The position numbers were made by a program, and so were the translations under genes. The notes under the pieces were generated by a model, which did no database searches, was not told the DNA's origin, and was given only the letters and a program-made list of their open reading frames with translations. Below, piece after piece: positions 9,001 to 20,104 of a stretch of DNA of 64,000 nucleotides. Source of the DNA: Candidatus Woesearchaeota archaeon. GTDB taxonomy: Archaea; Nanobdellota; Nanobdellia; Woesearchaeales; GW2011-AR4. Position 1 is the first letter of the stretch. Each line of letters opens with the position of its first letter. The stretch covers positions 11,619 through 75,618 of the forward strand of contig JACOZN010000002.1 in assembly GCA_016181305.1 (NCBI GenBank). The letters are read 5' to 3'.

Positions 9001-11657
9001 ATGAAAAAAAAGAGGATTTTGGTACTTTTTGTATCTCTGATTTTCTTTGCAGTTTATTTAACTATAAATGTTAATGCCCAAAGCTGTGATTGCAATCCCG
9101 AGTGCAGCGCCGGGCAGAGCGAATATGGTGGAAATTGCGGTCCTTGCGGCAGCGTGATGAGGAGAGATTGCGAAGGGAGCACTTGCAACTGGTTTGGATG
9201 GTACTGCCAGAATAATGCTCCAGCCAATTATGGGCAGTCATGCAATTGCGGCGCATGCGGATGTGGTGGTACAATAAATTGTGCCGGTTCTTGCTCTGAT
9301 CCAAATGGTCGTTCTGCATCTGACCCAACTCCACCTAATTATGGGGCACCTTGCGGCGCTTGTGGCAGGGGCAGAATAGACTGCAATGGAAATTGCATTG
9401 GCGACTATTCAAACTGCGGCTCTGCTGGCTGGTACAACACAGGCTCACATGCGGCGGAAACTGCCAGTGGCAGACAGGGCAGAACTGCAACACACAGGAT
9501 GGATGGTACGGCGGCGGCAACACCCAGACAGCATCTTGCGGCAGCACAGACAACGACGCCTCCTCTGAATTCAGGAATTATGGCTGCTCTGGCGGCTCAT
9601 GCACCTATTCTGTGACGCAAACAGCAGATTGTGACGGCTCAGACGGCTGGTACGGCGGAGGCAACAATGCAGGCTGCGGCTCTGACCCAAACTCTGCATG
9701 GAATGACTATTATGTGACGGCAAACACAGGCTCCTGCACTTCAACAACAACGTGCTCGGGCACTGGCAGCACCAATTGCGACAGCAATGATGTCTGCAAC
9801 AACAAGTGCGAGGGAACTGTGTTTACCTCAGTGCCTCCGATGAAAGACTATTATGTTGTTTCAAACTCAAATTCATGCACATCAACAACAGACAGCCCTG
9901 CAACAGAAGACTGCGCAACTAAAGCAAGCACTGACAGCGACAACTCTCCAGTAGCCTACACAATTCCAGGCACTGTAACAGATTACAGCACATGCACGCT
10001 TAGCGGCTGCACAGGCACAACTTATTCAGATTCATGCTCAGCAACCATTTTGACAGAATACGGCGCATCAGGCTCTTCTTTCACATCATCAGCATATGAA
10101 TGCCAGAATTTTGAATCAAGCTACTGCTCAGGCGACAGGTACTTCAGGAATGAATGGGCATGCTCAGGCGCTCCGGGCGCATGCACAGACGCAGCAGACA
10201 CCCAAATAGGCACTAATGCGGATGGTGACTTAAAGGATAAGGAATGCGGCGACAGCTTATGCGACAATGCAGCCGGTGTTTATGACTCGACAAAAACTTC
10301 TACTGAGATAAACTGCGCAGACAACTTGGACAATGACTGTGACGGCTTGAGAGATTGTTCTGATTCAGATTGTGCTGGCAAATCTGGACAAGGCGGTGTA
10401 TTATGCTGCCAGACAGCATCCAACTGCGTGCAGGACGACTGCAAGACAGAAAGCTGTGTAGCCAATTCATGCCAATACACAAACAGGAATGCCTGCGATG
10501 CAGCAGAATGCACTGCTGGCAGTTACTGCAATTCCGCAGGAGGAGACTGCAAAAACCCAGACCAGGACAGCAGTGTATGCCTAAATTGTGTATCAGACAG
10601 CACAGCCGGCTACACATGGTCATGGGGCGCAAGCAAGTTTGAAGACGCTGGAAAAGCATATGGGCCAGAATTGTTCAACAGCAACAACGCAGGCTGCACA
10701 GCAGGAAGCGGCGGCACATGTTTTGACAGTACAGGAAACACAGCTACTCATAAAACTCCATTAGCAACAGGCAACTGCTGCGGCGATGACCCAAATGAGT
10801 TCTATAAGTCTGACTATTATGGCTCGGAGTGCGTAAGCAGCCTTAACGATTGTGTATGGAGCACAGGCGACGCACAATCATCGGACTCAGGCAATCCGGG
10901 ATGGTGGTGCTACCTTGGCAAATGGGACGAATGCACTAAAAAAGCAGACATAGGCAAGCACTTTGGAAGCGTTGCATGCGCAGGGGCAGGCACTGGCTGG
11001 ACTCTGAACCCATTGCCGGAAAACCAGTATGGGCCAAACACATGCTCGGACGGCCTAGACAATGACGCTGATGGCCTTATAGACTGCAATGACAGCGACT
11101 GCAGCGGCTCTATAACAGGCACGGTCAAAAATCAGGAGCAACAGCCTATTGCATCTGCTGATGTAAATTTAAAGAAGGATTTAGCTACAATAAATTCAAC
11201 TACAACGTCACAGGCTGGAACTTACACTTTAAGTTCTGTAAGCTGCGGCAACTATAATTTGATTGCATCACATGCAGATTACGCGCCGCAGACAAAAAGC
11301 AATGTGAATGTTCTGCCAGCGCAGCAGATAACCATAGACTTCAGCCTGGCTTTAGGCACTTCCTGCGAAACTGACTGTACTTTTGCGGCAGATGAAATAA
11401 TACATGCATCTTGCGATGGCAAGGGCGGCTGTGCTTTCTATGACAGCATTGCCAAGGCAGCCTGCGACAACTCAAAGCCCGGCTGGGCAAGGGATTATAA
11501 TGAAACGCACTATATAACATGCGCTTCCGGCGCTCCGCAGCCAAAGGTGGAGATCGAAGCAAGCCTAAGCTGCGAAAGCGGCACTCTTGTTAAGGTTACG
11601 AGAATAGTTATCTATAACGGCGAGCCTGTAAAGCTCGTTGTTGCAACCTGCGGCTAG
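9001..11657 (+). pseudogene. Large Cys-rich secreted/surface protein, interrupted by a -1 frameshift near 9447 (~885 aa if joined)
   Basis: Signal peptide in frame 9001; the Cys-rich reading continues in the 9351 frame from TCGGNCQW; CxDxLDNDxDGLxDCxDSDC motifs; carboxypeptidase-regulatory-like domain near the C-terminus. Confidence 0.7.
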
Positions 11658-11661
11658 CCAA

Positions 11662-11997
11662 ATGCCAAAATTTAAAATAGACGAAATCACGCTTGTGCTG
11701 ATTGTTGCTTTGGTAGCCATGGTTGTCGGCATTTACGACAGGGCGAGCAAACCAGGCATGGGGGCTGAAAAAATAACAGAAGTTATCCTAAACGGGCAGG
11801 AGATTGGCCTTGCAAGCAATGGCGTTGTCAACGCTGAAAAGCTGCTGCAAATACGGGATATGGATTATGGTAAATTCAAGGAATATCTTAAAATCAAAAA
11901 TGACTTCTGCATTTATATCGAGGACGGCAATGGCAGGATACTGCTCGCAAAAGGCTCGCCAAAGCTTGAAAAAGACGGATTGCCTTGCAGTGAATAA
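11662..11997 (+). CDS. Small membrane-anchored protein of the pilus locus
   Basis: N-terminal TM; C-terminal DFCIYIED motif shared with 12025..12420. Confidence 0.6.
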   Translation: MPKFKIDEITLVLIVALVAMVVGIYDRASKPGMGAEKITEVILNGQEIGLASNGVVNAEKLLQIRDMDYGKFKEYLKIKNDFCIYIEDGNGRILLAKGSPKLEKDGLPCSE

Positions 11998-12024
11998 AAT
12001 TATTGTTAAAATTGTTAATAAAAA

Positions 12025-12420
12025 ATGAGCAGAAACCAAAAAGCCCAGTCATGGTCTATAGACATTATCCTGGGGGTAATAGTGTTTATGGCTGCTTTTT
12101 TTGTATTTTTTGCTGTTTTAAGCGAGGACCCCAATGCAAAAATCAGCAGGCTTAAGGAAGATGCATCAATAATAATAAGGCAGGTGGTATCGGGGGACTC
12201 GTCGCTGAGGATTGTGGACGGCGTACAGATTAATGAAAGCAAAGCCAGCAAGCTCAAAGAAATGAATTATGAGGAATTAAAAAGGAGATTCAGGGTTGAA
12301 AATGATTTTTGCATATACATAGAAGACAGCAAAGGAAATATTGTCCTTATAAACGACAGCTATAAGGGGATTGGCTCGCCGCAAATAAACCTAAGCGGCA
12401 CGTTATGCAGCCAGAAATAA
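12025..12420 (+). CDS. Prepilin-like protein (class III signal peptide)
   Basis: KAQSWSIDIILG plus hydrophobic helix. Confidence 0.65.
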   Translation: MSRNQKAQSWSIDIILGVIVFMAAFFVFFAVLSEDPNAKISRLKEDASIIIRQVVSGDSSLRIVDGVQINESKASKLKEMNYEELKRRFRVENDFCIYIEDSKGNIVLINDSYKGIGSPQINLSGTLCSQK

Positions 12421-12463
12421 ACAAAAAATTATAAATATGCCCTAATTCTGGTTATATATCAAA

Positions 12464-12997
12464 ATGCCGTCTAAAAAAAGGGGTTATTTCTTTGTACTGG
12501 ATGCTGTGCTCGGGCTTTTTGTAATTGCGATGGGTATTTTCATAATAAGCACTTCTTACGTCAATGTGCCGCAGCTTACCCAGGTAAGCCTGCTTGCAGA
12601 CGACCTGCTTGTTTTTCTCTCCAACACAAAAATAAAAGACCTTAACAATCCCTATGCGGGCATTGGCGGGCAGCTGTGGAAAGACGGCGTTATAACGGAC
12701 GCTGACAACTCGCTGCTTCAGCAGGTGGGGGAGTTTTACGCTACAAACAAGCTTGACACGGCAGAGAAGTTCGTAGCAAATGTGTCAAAGGATATCGTGC
12801 CTGAGCAGTTCAGGTACGAGGTTTGGATTGACGGCAATTTGATTTACCCAGGAAACCCGGCAGCAGCGCACATAAGCTCAAAAAACAATACAGCGCTTTT
12901 GCTCACCTCAAAAAAGCTCACTTTTGGGATTATGAGCAGGACAACAAGCAGCATATGGGGCCCCTACAAGGCAGAGGTGTTCACATGGGAGCGGTAA
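12464..12997 (+). CDS. Prepilin-like protein (class III signal peptide)
   Basis: KKRG-YFFVLDAVLG plus hydrophobic helix. Confidence 0.6.
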   Translation: MPSKKRGYFFVLDAVLGLFVIAMGIFIISTSYVNVPQLTQVSLLADDLLVFLSNTKIKDLNNPYAGIGGQLWKDGVITDADNSLLQQVGEFYATNKLDTAEKFVANVSKDIVPEQFRYEVWIDGNLIYPGNPAAAHISSKNNTALLLTSKKLTFGIMSRTTSSIWGPYKAEVFTWER

Positions 12998-13044
12998 GGA
13001 AAACCATTGATTTCTGGCGTGCAAAAAAAAGCGGCTTTGCAGGC

Positions 13045-14016
13045 ATGGGCAGGAAAGGCATATTCTTCACCTTCATCGCAATAACAATAATGGCTGTTTT
13101 CATCATAATATTCACGCCTCAGTCGGGCGTAAGCCTCCAGAAAAACTCCCAATCCCTGAAAACAAGGATAGGGTCTGTAGACGGCTATGTCAGCGACTTG
13201 GAAAGCAGTTATTTTGAAACAGTGCTCAGGGCCACGACTTTCAAGGCTGTGCTGTCGCTTATTTTCTATGTAAACTCGACCGGCTCCTACCTCACAGATT
13301 TTGACTCCGCATTTTCGGAAGTCATGGTGACCGGAAGGATAAACGGGCTCCCGATAGACTCAATTACAGGCAAAAAGATTATGGAAAACAGCACGCTGAC
13401 GGACTGGAACAATAAGATTATATCAACTGCAAAGGACACATTGAACGTGAATACCACAATCACAATAATCAACGTCTCGGCATCCCAGTCAAAGCCGTGG
13501 AACATCGACTCAAGGCTCCTTGTTAATTTTACGGTTGCATCGAATGTTGCTGAATGGAAGAAAAGCTCGGCTGTAACAGCCACTATAGGTATTGAGGGAC
13601 TTCACGACCCCTACTATCTTGTGAACACAGAAAAGGCATATACAAACCAGATAAAAAAATCAACAGTTGAATTCAACCAGTGGAACATAGAAAAAGTGAG
13701 GGAGCATTTAAGAAACGGCTCTTATATGTACTGGCAGAATTCCGATGCACCAAGCTTTTTAATGCGCTTTACCGACAGCATAGGCCCTTCAGGCTGCTGC
13801 GGCATCGAGTCTTTTGTCAACCCGAACAAAATAACCCCAAGCGACCGGATTGAAAGCTATATGGACTACCTGTTCTGGACGCACAAGTTTGCCGGCAACT
13901 GCACGCAGCTTTACAACATAACGGGCTTATGGGACGAGTTCAAGTTTTTCAAGCTGGATTTAGGGCACATGGCAAAGTATAACATAACATCCCAGTACGC
14001 CGTAAAGACTTGCTAA
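13045..14016 (+). CDS. Large prepilin-like/adhesin protein
   Basis: MGRKG-IFFTFIAI plus hydrophobic helix; ATG at 13045 within ORF 12955..14016. Confidence 0.6.
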   Translation: MGRKGIFFTFIAITIMAVFIIIFTPQSGVSLQKNSQSLKTRIGSVDGYVSDLESSYFETVLRATTFKAVLSLIFYVNSTGSYLTDFDSAFSEVMVTGRINGLPIDSITGKKIMENSTLTDWNNKIISTAKDTLNVNTTITIINVSASQSKPWNIDSRLLVNFTVASNVAEWKKSSAVTATIGIEGLHDPYYLVNTEKAYTNQIKKSTVEFNQWNIEKVREHLRNGSYMYWQNSDAPSFLMRFTDSIGPSGCCGIESFVNPNKITPSDRIESYMDYLFWTHKFAGNCTQLYNITGLWDEFKFFKLDLGHMAKYNITSQYAVKTC

Positions 14017-14218
14017 AAAAGGAGTTGCCACTCAGCTGCAATAACTAAAGTTTTTATATGCCCGAAATCGAATATTGAAGATATAGCCAAACAACAAAGT
14101 AATTGGGCATTATAAACTGTTTGTTGTTGGCTATCTTGCCAGCCGCAACAATACCTGATTATTTGTGTAGTCGGCAATAAAAAATCAAAGATTTTTGCAT
14201 AATGCCAAATTAAAGCAT

Positions 14219-14668
14219 ATGGCTAATGACAATGTGCTGAGGACATCGGCGGATGAGCTGCTTGAGCTGGTAAAGAAAAGCGGAAAAATATCTGTTGAGG
14301 ACGCCGCAAAAAGGCTCAAAATGCCTGTTGCAAGCATTCAGGCGCTTGTTGATTTTTTGGTTGAGGAAAAGGTGTTTGGCATAGAATACAAGTTCACAAC
14401 CCCCTATGTGTACCTTTACAGGGAAGGGGTAAGCGGGGCAAAAGAAAAGGAAAAGGGCTTTACTGAAGGGCTTATAACAAAAGAGAAGTTTTATGAAAGG
14501 GCAAAAGGAAAAAAGGTGCCTTATGAGGATATCGAAGGCTTGTGGAGGAAATACCTGCAGCAAAATCTTGCCCATATACGCGAGGAATTTTTGAGGAAAG
14601 CCCGTGAAAAAAAAGTTCCGGAAGGAAAGATAGAAGAGCTTTGGAACAGATACCTATCCTACTTATAA
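14219..14668 (+). CDS. Hypothetical protein with N-terminal winged HTH-like segment
   Basis: ELLELVKKSGKISVEDAAKRLKMP...VDFLVEEK pattern; internal duplicated EEF..KA..KKVP...IE.LW..YL repeat. Confidence 0.5.
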   Translation: MANDNVLRTSADELLELVKKSGKISVEDAAKRLKMPVASIQALVDFLVEEKVFGIEYKFTTPYVYLYREGVSGAKEKEKGFTEGLITKEKFYERAKGKKVPYEDIEGLWRKYLQQNLAHIREEFLRKAREKKVPEGKIEELWNRYLSYL

Positions 14669-15679
14669 TTGAAAATGGATATTGACGATTTTTTGGAGAG
14701 GGAGCTTTCTGGAATTGGCTTGGATACGGGCAAATCCGGAAAACCGGAAAGCCCGGAGCATTTCAGGGACATTGATGCATCGCCGCTATTCGAGAACATA
14801 AGGGCTGATTTGGGCAAAGGCAACCTGGAGCTTGCAGAACAGAGCTATGTGCAGCTATGGCATATTCTGGCGCAGCAAAAGCTGAAATGGAATAAAGAGC
14901 TCTATGAGCAATTGCTTGCACTTTCAAGGCAGTTCTCAGGCATGCTAAGCCAGGCCTACGGCGATGTGAGGAAAAAGGCAAGCCAGATATACGAGCTTAT
15001 AGGCAGGGGAAGAAACTCACTTAAGGAGGGGAAAAAAGATGTGCCTTTCAGGATTTACGCGGAGATAGAAGGGCTGCTGAACTCCATGCCCAATGTCTTT
15101 TTTGAGGAAAAAAGGGCTGTACAAGAGCAGGTTATGGAGTTTTATAAGGAGCTTAAGAATACAACAGACAACGAGCTTGTAAGAAGGGTGTCCTCCCTTG
15201 TCCAGGAGATAAACATGATTATAGAAAAGGTAAACGCCTCTATAAGGGCAAATGACATGATAAGTGCCATTGTCAGCTACAACAAGTGCATGGAGCTTTA
15301 CAGCCAGGTGCCCGAGGGCTTTTTAAGGCATAAAAATTCAGCCGGAATGAGGCTGCTGGAGATTTATAAAAGCCTCAGCATTTACACAGAAATATCAAGC
15401 CTGCAAAAGCAGTTAAGCCGGCAGCCGGCACGGCAGCAAGCCCGGCAGGAGGCTCCCGGGCAGCAGAAGCAGCCCATTCCAAGCATTCCAAGCCAGCCGG
15501 CAACGACGCAGACATTGACAAAGCCGATGCTTGTGCACACCAAGAAGGAGCTTGCCAAGAGGTACATTGAAAAAGGCTTTTATAATGAGGCTGCGAAGGG
15601 AATAGAGGAAGCGCTGCAGCTTGACCCAGGCGATGCCGAAGCAAGGGCGATACGCGCAAAAATAAAGACACTGCAATGA
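14669..15679 (+). CDS. Helical/TPR-containing hypothetical protein
   Basis: C-terminal TPR (AKRYIEKGFYNEAAKGIEEALQLDPGDAEA); Q/P-rich linker. Confidence 0.6.
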   Translation: MKMDIDDFLERELSGIGLDTGKSGKPESPEHFRDIDASPLFENIRADLGKGNLELAEQSYVQLWHILAQQKLKWNKELYEQLLALSRQFSGMLSQAYGDVRKKASQIYELIGRGRNSLKEGKKDVPFRIYAEIEGLLNSMPNVFFEEKRAVQEQVMEFYKELKNTTDNELVRRVSSLVQEINMIIEKVNASIRANDMISAIVSYNKCMELYSQVPEGFLRHKNSAGMRLLEIYKSLSIYTEISSLQKQLSRQPARQQARQEAPGQQKQPIPSIPSQPATTQTLTKPMLVHTKKELAKRYIEKGFYNEAAKGIEEALQLDPGDAEARAIRAKIKTLQ

Positions 15680-15726
15680 AAATACGGCAAAATCCTGTTA
15701 AATAAAGCGTATAACCAAAAAACAAA

Positions 15727-17184
15727 ATGGAAAGGGGCGAGAGGATAATTGACACTTACGAGCTTAACGTAAATGACATAGTCGTCGATGTTGCGGTAAT
15801 ATCGAAAGACACTGAACCGGTTCCCATATACACCATTTCCATAACAAACATAAGCGACACCACAAAGATAATTCTTGAAAAGATAAGGGACGAGTTTGTT
15901 GCAGAGGAGACAAAAACCCTGACCGAGGATGAAGGCGTCTACAACATACAGGAGCAGTTCAAGGACAAAATTCTCAAATTGCTTGCAAAATATTTCCCTG
16001 ACGCGGACAAGAAGACTATGGACATGCTTATAAATTATATACTGCAGCAGAATATAGGGCTCGGAAACCTTGACATCCTGCTCAAGGACACAAATCTTGA
16101 GGAGGTTGTGATAAACAATGCAGAAGAGCCCGTATGGGTTTACCACAGGAAATACGGCTGGCTGAAAACCAATGTGCTTATTCCGACAGAGTCAAGGATA
16201 AGGCATTACTCCACTATAATAGGCAGGGATGTCGGCAAGGAAATAACCATTCTCAACCCGCTGATGGACGCACACCTGAAAACAGGCGACAGGGTAAACG
16301 CCACTTTGGCGCCGATTTCCTCAAAAGGCAATACAATAACTATAAGGAAGTTTGCAGTCAAGCCATGGACTGTTACGGATTTTATAAAGGAAAGGGTGAT
16401 TTCCTATGAAGGTGCGGCCCTGCTGTGGATGGCTGTGCAGAACGAATTGTCTGTAATCATTTCAGGAGGAACCGCCTCAGGAAAAACAAGCATGCTGAAT
16501 GTCATTTCCAATTTTTTCCCGCCGAACCAGCGCATAATATCAATGGAAGATACAAGAGAGCTGATGCTGCCAAAAGTGCTCCATTGGGTGCCGCTGGAAA
16601 CAAGGCTGCCAAACCCCGAGGGGAAAGGAGGCATTGAGATGCTTGACCTGATAGTCAACTCCCTCAGGATGAGGCCTGACAGGATTATTGTAGGCGAAAT
16701 AAGAAGGAAAAGGGAAGCTGAAGTGCTTTTTGAAGCCATGCATACAGGGCATTCGGTTTACGGCACTTTGCATGCAAACAATGTGAGGGAAACGATAAAC
16801 AGGCTTACCAATCCGCCAATTGACCTGCCAAAGCAGCTTTTGTCAGCGCTGTCTCTGATTGTTGTGCAGCACATAAACAGAAGAACAGGAAAGAGAAGGA
16901 CTCTGCAGATTGCCGAAGTGCTTCCCAACGGCGACCCGAGGCTTTTGATGCAGATTAATCCGCTGAAAGACACTTTGGAAATAGTAAACGAGCCATTGGC
17001 AATTATTGAAACCTTAAACCTTTATACAGGGCTTTCAAAGCAGGAGATATACGCTGACATGCAGTCAAAGATTGAAATCTTGAAGTGGATGGTGAACAAA
17101 GGCATGACAGACGTGAACAGGATAGGCTTGATATTTTCAAAATACTATCTGAACAAGCCATTCATGCATCTAACGGGTGTCTAA
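15727..17184 (+). CDS. Type IV pilus/Tad secretion ATPase (CpaF/VirB11 family)
   Basis: Walker A GGTASGKT, EDTREL, LRMRPDRIIVGEIR, HTGHSVYGTLHA. Confidence 0.93.
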   Translation: MERGERIIDTYELNVNDIVVDVAVISKDTEPVPIYTISITNISDTTKIILEKIRDEFVAEETKTLTEDEGVYNIQEQFKDKILKLLAKYFPDADKKTMDMLINYILQQNIGLGNLDILLKDTNLEEVVINNAEEPVWVYHRKYGWLKTNVLIPTESRIRHYSTIIGRDVGKEITILNPLMDAHLKTGDRVNATLAPISSKGNTITIRKFAVKPWTVTDFIKERVISYEGAALLWMAVQNELSVIISGGTASGKTSMLNVISNFFPPNQRIISMEDTRELMLPKVLHWVPLETRLPNPEGKGGIEMLDLIVNSLRMRPDRIIVGEIRRKREAEVLFEAMHTGHSVYGTLHANNVRETINRLTNPPIDLPKQLLSALSLIVVQHINRRTGKRRTLQIAEVLPNGDPRLLMQINPLKDTLEIVNEPLAIIETLNLYTGLSKQEIYADMQSKIEILKWMVNKGMTDVNRIGLIFSKYYLNKPFMHLTGV

Positions 17185-17995
17185 AATCGGGTTTGTAAAC
17201 AGGGTAGCTTCATTTTTCCCTGCGCTTAAGGGCGAGCTCAGGATAGCGCACTTGCCGTATACACCAGTAGAGTACGTCAACAAAAACCTGAAAATAACTG
17301 CTTTGTACGCGTTTTTGCTCACCATCCTGTTTTTTTTCGTTCTGCAAAAAGCAAAACTGCCCTTGCTGCTGCTGATGCCAATTTACATAGTTTTATTCAT
17401 CCTGCTCTTTGAATATTCACTGCTTAAGGTAAGGGCCAAGATAAGGGGGCGCGAGCGCGAAATCAACAAGGAAGTGCTGTTTGTCGGAAGATACCTGCTT
17501 GTAAAGCTTTATTCCGGAAGGCCGCTGCTCAACGCCCTTATAGAAACTGCAGGCAGCAGGGGCATCGCCCTTAAGTACATAAAGGAGATAGTTGACGACA
17601 TAGACACCGGCAACACGATTGAGGAGGCTTTAAAAAACGCGATGACTTACTCGCCTTCTGAAAAATTAAGGAGGGTGCTGTTCCACATAAACAACGCACT
17701 CCAGCTCGGCATAGATGTAACAAAGCCCCTTGAATCGGTATTGGAGGAAATAACAAAGGAGGAGGAGCTGGAAATCAAAAAATACAGCAAAAAGCTGAAC
17801 ACCTTGGTTATTTTTTACATGCTTGCAGCTGTTATCCTGCCATCGCTTGGCGTTGCAGTATTCATAGTCATATCAAGCTTCATAAGCTTCCCGATTGACT
17901 TGAAGAGCCTTCTTGTGTTCATATTTTTCATTGTTGTAATCCAATTTGTCTTTATAACGCTTTTTAAGTCAATAAGGCCCATGGTGAACCTGTAA
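17177..17995 (+). CDS. Type II secretion system F/TadB-like membrane platform protein
   Basis: Follows the ATPase; TM pairs; G..IEEAL...SPSEKLRRVL. Confidence 0.8.
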   Translation: MSKIGFVNRVASFFPALKGELRIAHLPYTPVEYVNKNLKITALYAFLLTILFFFVLQKAKLPLLLLMPIYIVLFILLFEYSLLKVRAKIRGREREINKEVLFVGRYLLVKLYSGRPLLNALIETAGSRGIALKYIKEIVDDIDTGNTIEEALKNAMTYSPSEKLRRVLFHINNALQLGIDVTKPLESVLEEITKEEELEIKKYSKKLNTLVIFYMLAAVILPSLGVAVFIVISSFISFPIDLKSLLVFIFFIVVIQFVFITLFKSIRPMVNL

Positions 17996-19020
17996 TGGCA
18001 TTCAGGATTATATTTTTGGAGGAGTTTGGCAAGGCATTCGTGCCGAAAAAGACGGCGCCGCACTTGAGAAAGTACCTGCTTAAAGCCGGGTTCAACGAGG
18101 TGCCGTACAGGTTTTTTGGGCTTTTGTTTTACGCATCGGCTGTTATAACCACTTTGATATTTATAGTATTTGTATATCCCTACTTAAGAAGATTTTCCCT
18201 GCTTGAAGTCTATGTTTACTCGTTTTTGGGCTGGTTCCTTGTGCAGCTTTTTTTTGCAACCCTTTTCATACTGCTTGTGTATTTTTACCTTGACCTGAAG
18301 ATTTATTTCAGGACAAAAAAAATGGAGGAGCAGCTGCCAGACTTCCTCCAGGTGCTGTCTGCCAACCTGAAGGCAGGGATGACTTTTGAAAGGGCTTTAT
18401 GGGCTGCAATCAAGCCAAGGTTCAATGTGCTTGGCTCCGAGATGGCAAAAGCCTCCAAAAAGGTTATGACAGGGTATGACATCGGCAAAGCGCTTACAGA
18501 GCTTTCCGACAAGTACGATTCTTTGATGCTGAGGCGCACAGTGGACCTGATAATAAGCGAGGCGGAAAGCGGCGGCAATGTGGCAGAGCTTATTGACAGG
18601 CTTGTTGACAACCTCAAGCAGACCAAGGCGCTTAAGGACGAGCTTTCCGCATCAGCGATTGCTTACGTGATTTTTATATCTGTGATTGTCGTTGTCATAA
18701 GCCCGCTGCTTTTTGCGCTTTCTTTTCATTTGCTTGTGCTTATCCTGAACTTCATAGGCAACCTTTCTGTTGCAGCGCAGCGGGGAGCAGCCCTTCCTTT
18801 CGTGTTCTCAAAAATAAATGTAAACCAGGATGATTTCAGGGCTTTTTCAATAGTTGCAATACTTACAATCTCGTTTTTCTCGTCATTGATAGTTGCCATA
18901 GTTGAAAAGGGCAGCATGAAAAGCGGGCTTAAGTACATCCCCATATATATTTTCGGCTCGATGATGTTTTATTTCATTTTCATGAAAGCCCTCGGGGCGA
19001 TGTTCGGCGGCATATTGTAG
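17995..19020 (+). CDS. Type II secretion system F/TadC-like membrane platform protein
   Basis: EEQLPDFLQVLSANLKAGMTFERAL, SGGNVAELI, multiple TMs. Confidence 0.85.
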   Translation: MAFRIIFLEEFGKAFVPKKTAPHLRKYLLKAGFNEVPYRFFGLLFYASAVITTLIFIVFVYPYLRRFSLLEVYVYSFLGWFLVQLFFATLFILLVYFYLDLKIYFRTKKMEEQLPDFLQVLSANLKAGMTFERALWAAIKPRFNVLGSEMAKASKKVMTGYDIGKALTELSDKYDSLMLRRTVDLIISEAESGGNVAELIDRLVDNLKQTKALKDELSASAIAYVIFISVIVVVISPLLFALSFHLLVLILNFIGNLSVAAQRGAALPFVFSKINVNQDDFRAFSIVAILTISFFSSLIVAIVEKGSMKSGLKYIPIYIFGSMMFYFIFMKALGAMFGGIL

Positions 19021-19081
19021 GAATTCAAAACAAAAAGTTTATAAACAAGAAACTAAATTAAAAATTAAAAGAGGAAATTAA

Positions 19082-19570
19082 ATGGCAACAGCCCGATTTA
19101 AAAATAACAAGTCCCAGGCAGCTTTGGAATTCCTCACAACATACGGCTGGGCATTTCTGGTCATACTGATTATGATCGGCACGCTTGCTTACTTCGGGAT
19201 ATTGAGCCCAAGCAAACTATTGCCGAACAGGTGCAACTTCGGCTCTGAATTCCAGTGCCTGGACTATCAAATCGGAGCAACTACATTTAAAATAAGGCTG
19301 AAGAACAATGTAGGCGAGCCGATGGATGTTTCTTCGCTAAGCGTAAGCACTGAGAGCACAACTGCCTACACCTGCACTACTCCACCTGCAAATCCGACAG
19401 GCTGGAAGTCGGGTGAAATCAAGGAATTGGCGTGGAGCGGTTGCTCAGGGGGCGGCATAATTGCAGGCGAAAAGGGCAAGGTTTTGATAACTTTGAGGTA
19501 TAATACTGTAGCAAGCGGCTCTGGCTACGCAAAGGAAGTGAAAGGAGAAGTATTTTCAACGGTTATATAA
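19082..19570 (+). CDS. Archaeal type IV pilin (class III signal peptide)
   Basis: KSQAALEFLTTYGWA. Confidence 0.85.
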   Translation: MATARFKNNKSQAALEFLTTYGWAFLVILIMIGTLAYFGILSPSKLLPNRCNFGSEFQCLDYQIGATTFKIRLKNNVGEPMDVSSLSVSTESTTAYTCTTPPANPTGWKSGEIKELAWSGCSGGGIIAGEKGKVLITLRYNTVASGSGYAKEVKGEVFSTVI

Positions 19571-19633
19571 GCGAAGAAAACGCAAATTTTATATATGCTC
19601 TTCTTTAAGTTTTAGCCCATAAAAGAGGTTAAA

Positions 19634-20104
19634 ATGCGTATTAAGTCTCAGGCTGCACTGGAATTTCTCGCAACCTATGTATGGGCTTTCATTATAATCG
19701 CCACTACGCTTGGCGCCCTGTATTATTTCGGCATTTTTGATTTTGGAAAGTATCTCCCGCAGAAATGTATGTTCCCATCGCAGCTCAAATGCCTTGATTT
19801 CAGCCTGAAGCCGGGCGAGGTGAGGGTCAAGCTTGCAAATAACCTTGGGGAGAATATAAAGGTAACTCAGGCCCAGATAACAAATGACGCTAATCCCCCA
19901 ATTTCATGCACTCCCCCTTCAAGTTTTGACTGGGGGCAGGCAACTGAAAAGGACTTGGTTTTTGCTTCATGCACAGGCGGCGCTTATATCGCCGGGGAGA
20001 GGGTTGAGCTAAGGGTATTATTGAGCTATTACGCTGTAAGCACGCCAAGCCAGCCCATCCACACAGTAACCGGTAAGATAAATGGAAGAGTCACATCAGG
20101 TTAA
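19634..20104 (+). CDS. Archaeal type IV pilin, paralog of 19082..19570
   Basis: KSQAALEFLATYVWA; shared P.KC.F.S...CLD motif. Confidence 0.85.
   Translation: MRIKSQAALEFLATYVWAFIIIATTLGALYYFGIFDFGKYLPQKCMFPSQLKCLDFSLKPGEVRVKLANNLGENIKVTQAQITNDANPPISCTPPSSFDWGQATEKDLVFASCTGGAYIAGERVELRVLLSYYAVSTPSQPIHTVTGKINGRVTSG

Noticed and set aside
9001-11657. Diversity-generating retroelement target or programmed frameshift
   Set aside because: No reverse transcriptase, no TR/VR pair with adenine-specific mismatches, and no slippery sequence at the junction.
15375-16146. Long antisense ORFs over the TPR and ATPase genes, and similar antisense ORFs elsewhere
   Set aside because: Shadow ORFs opposite well-supported genes.
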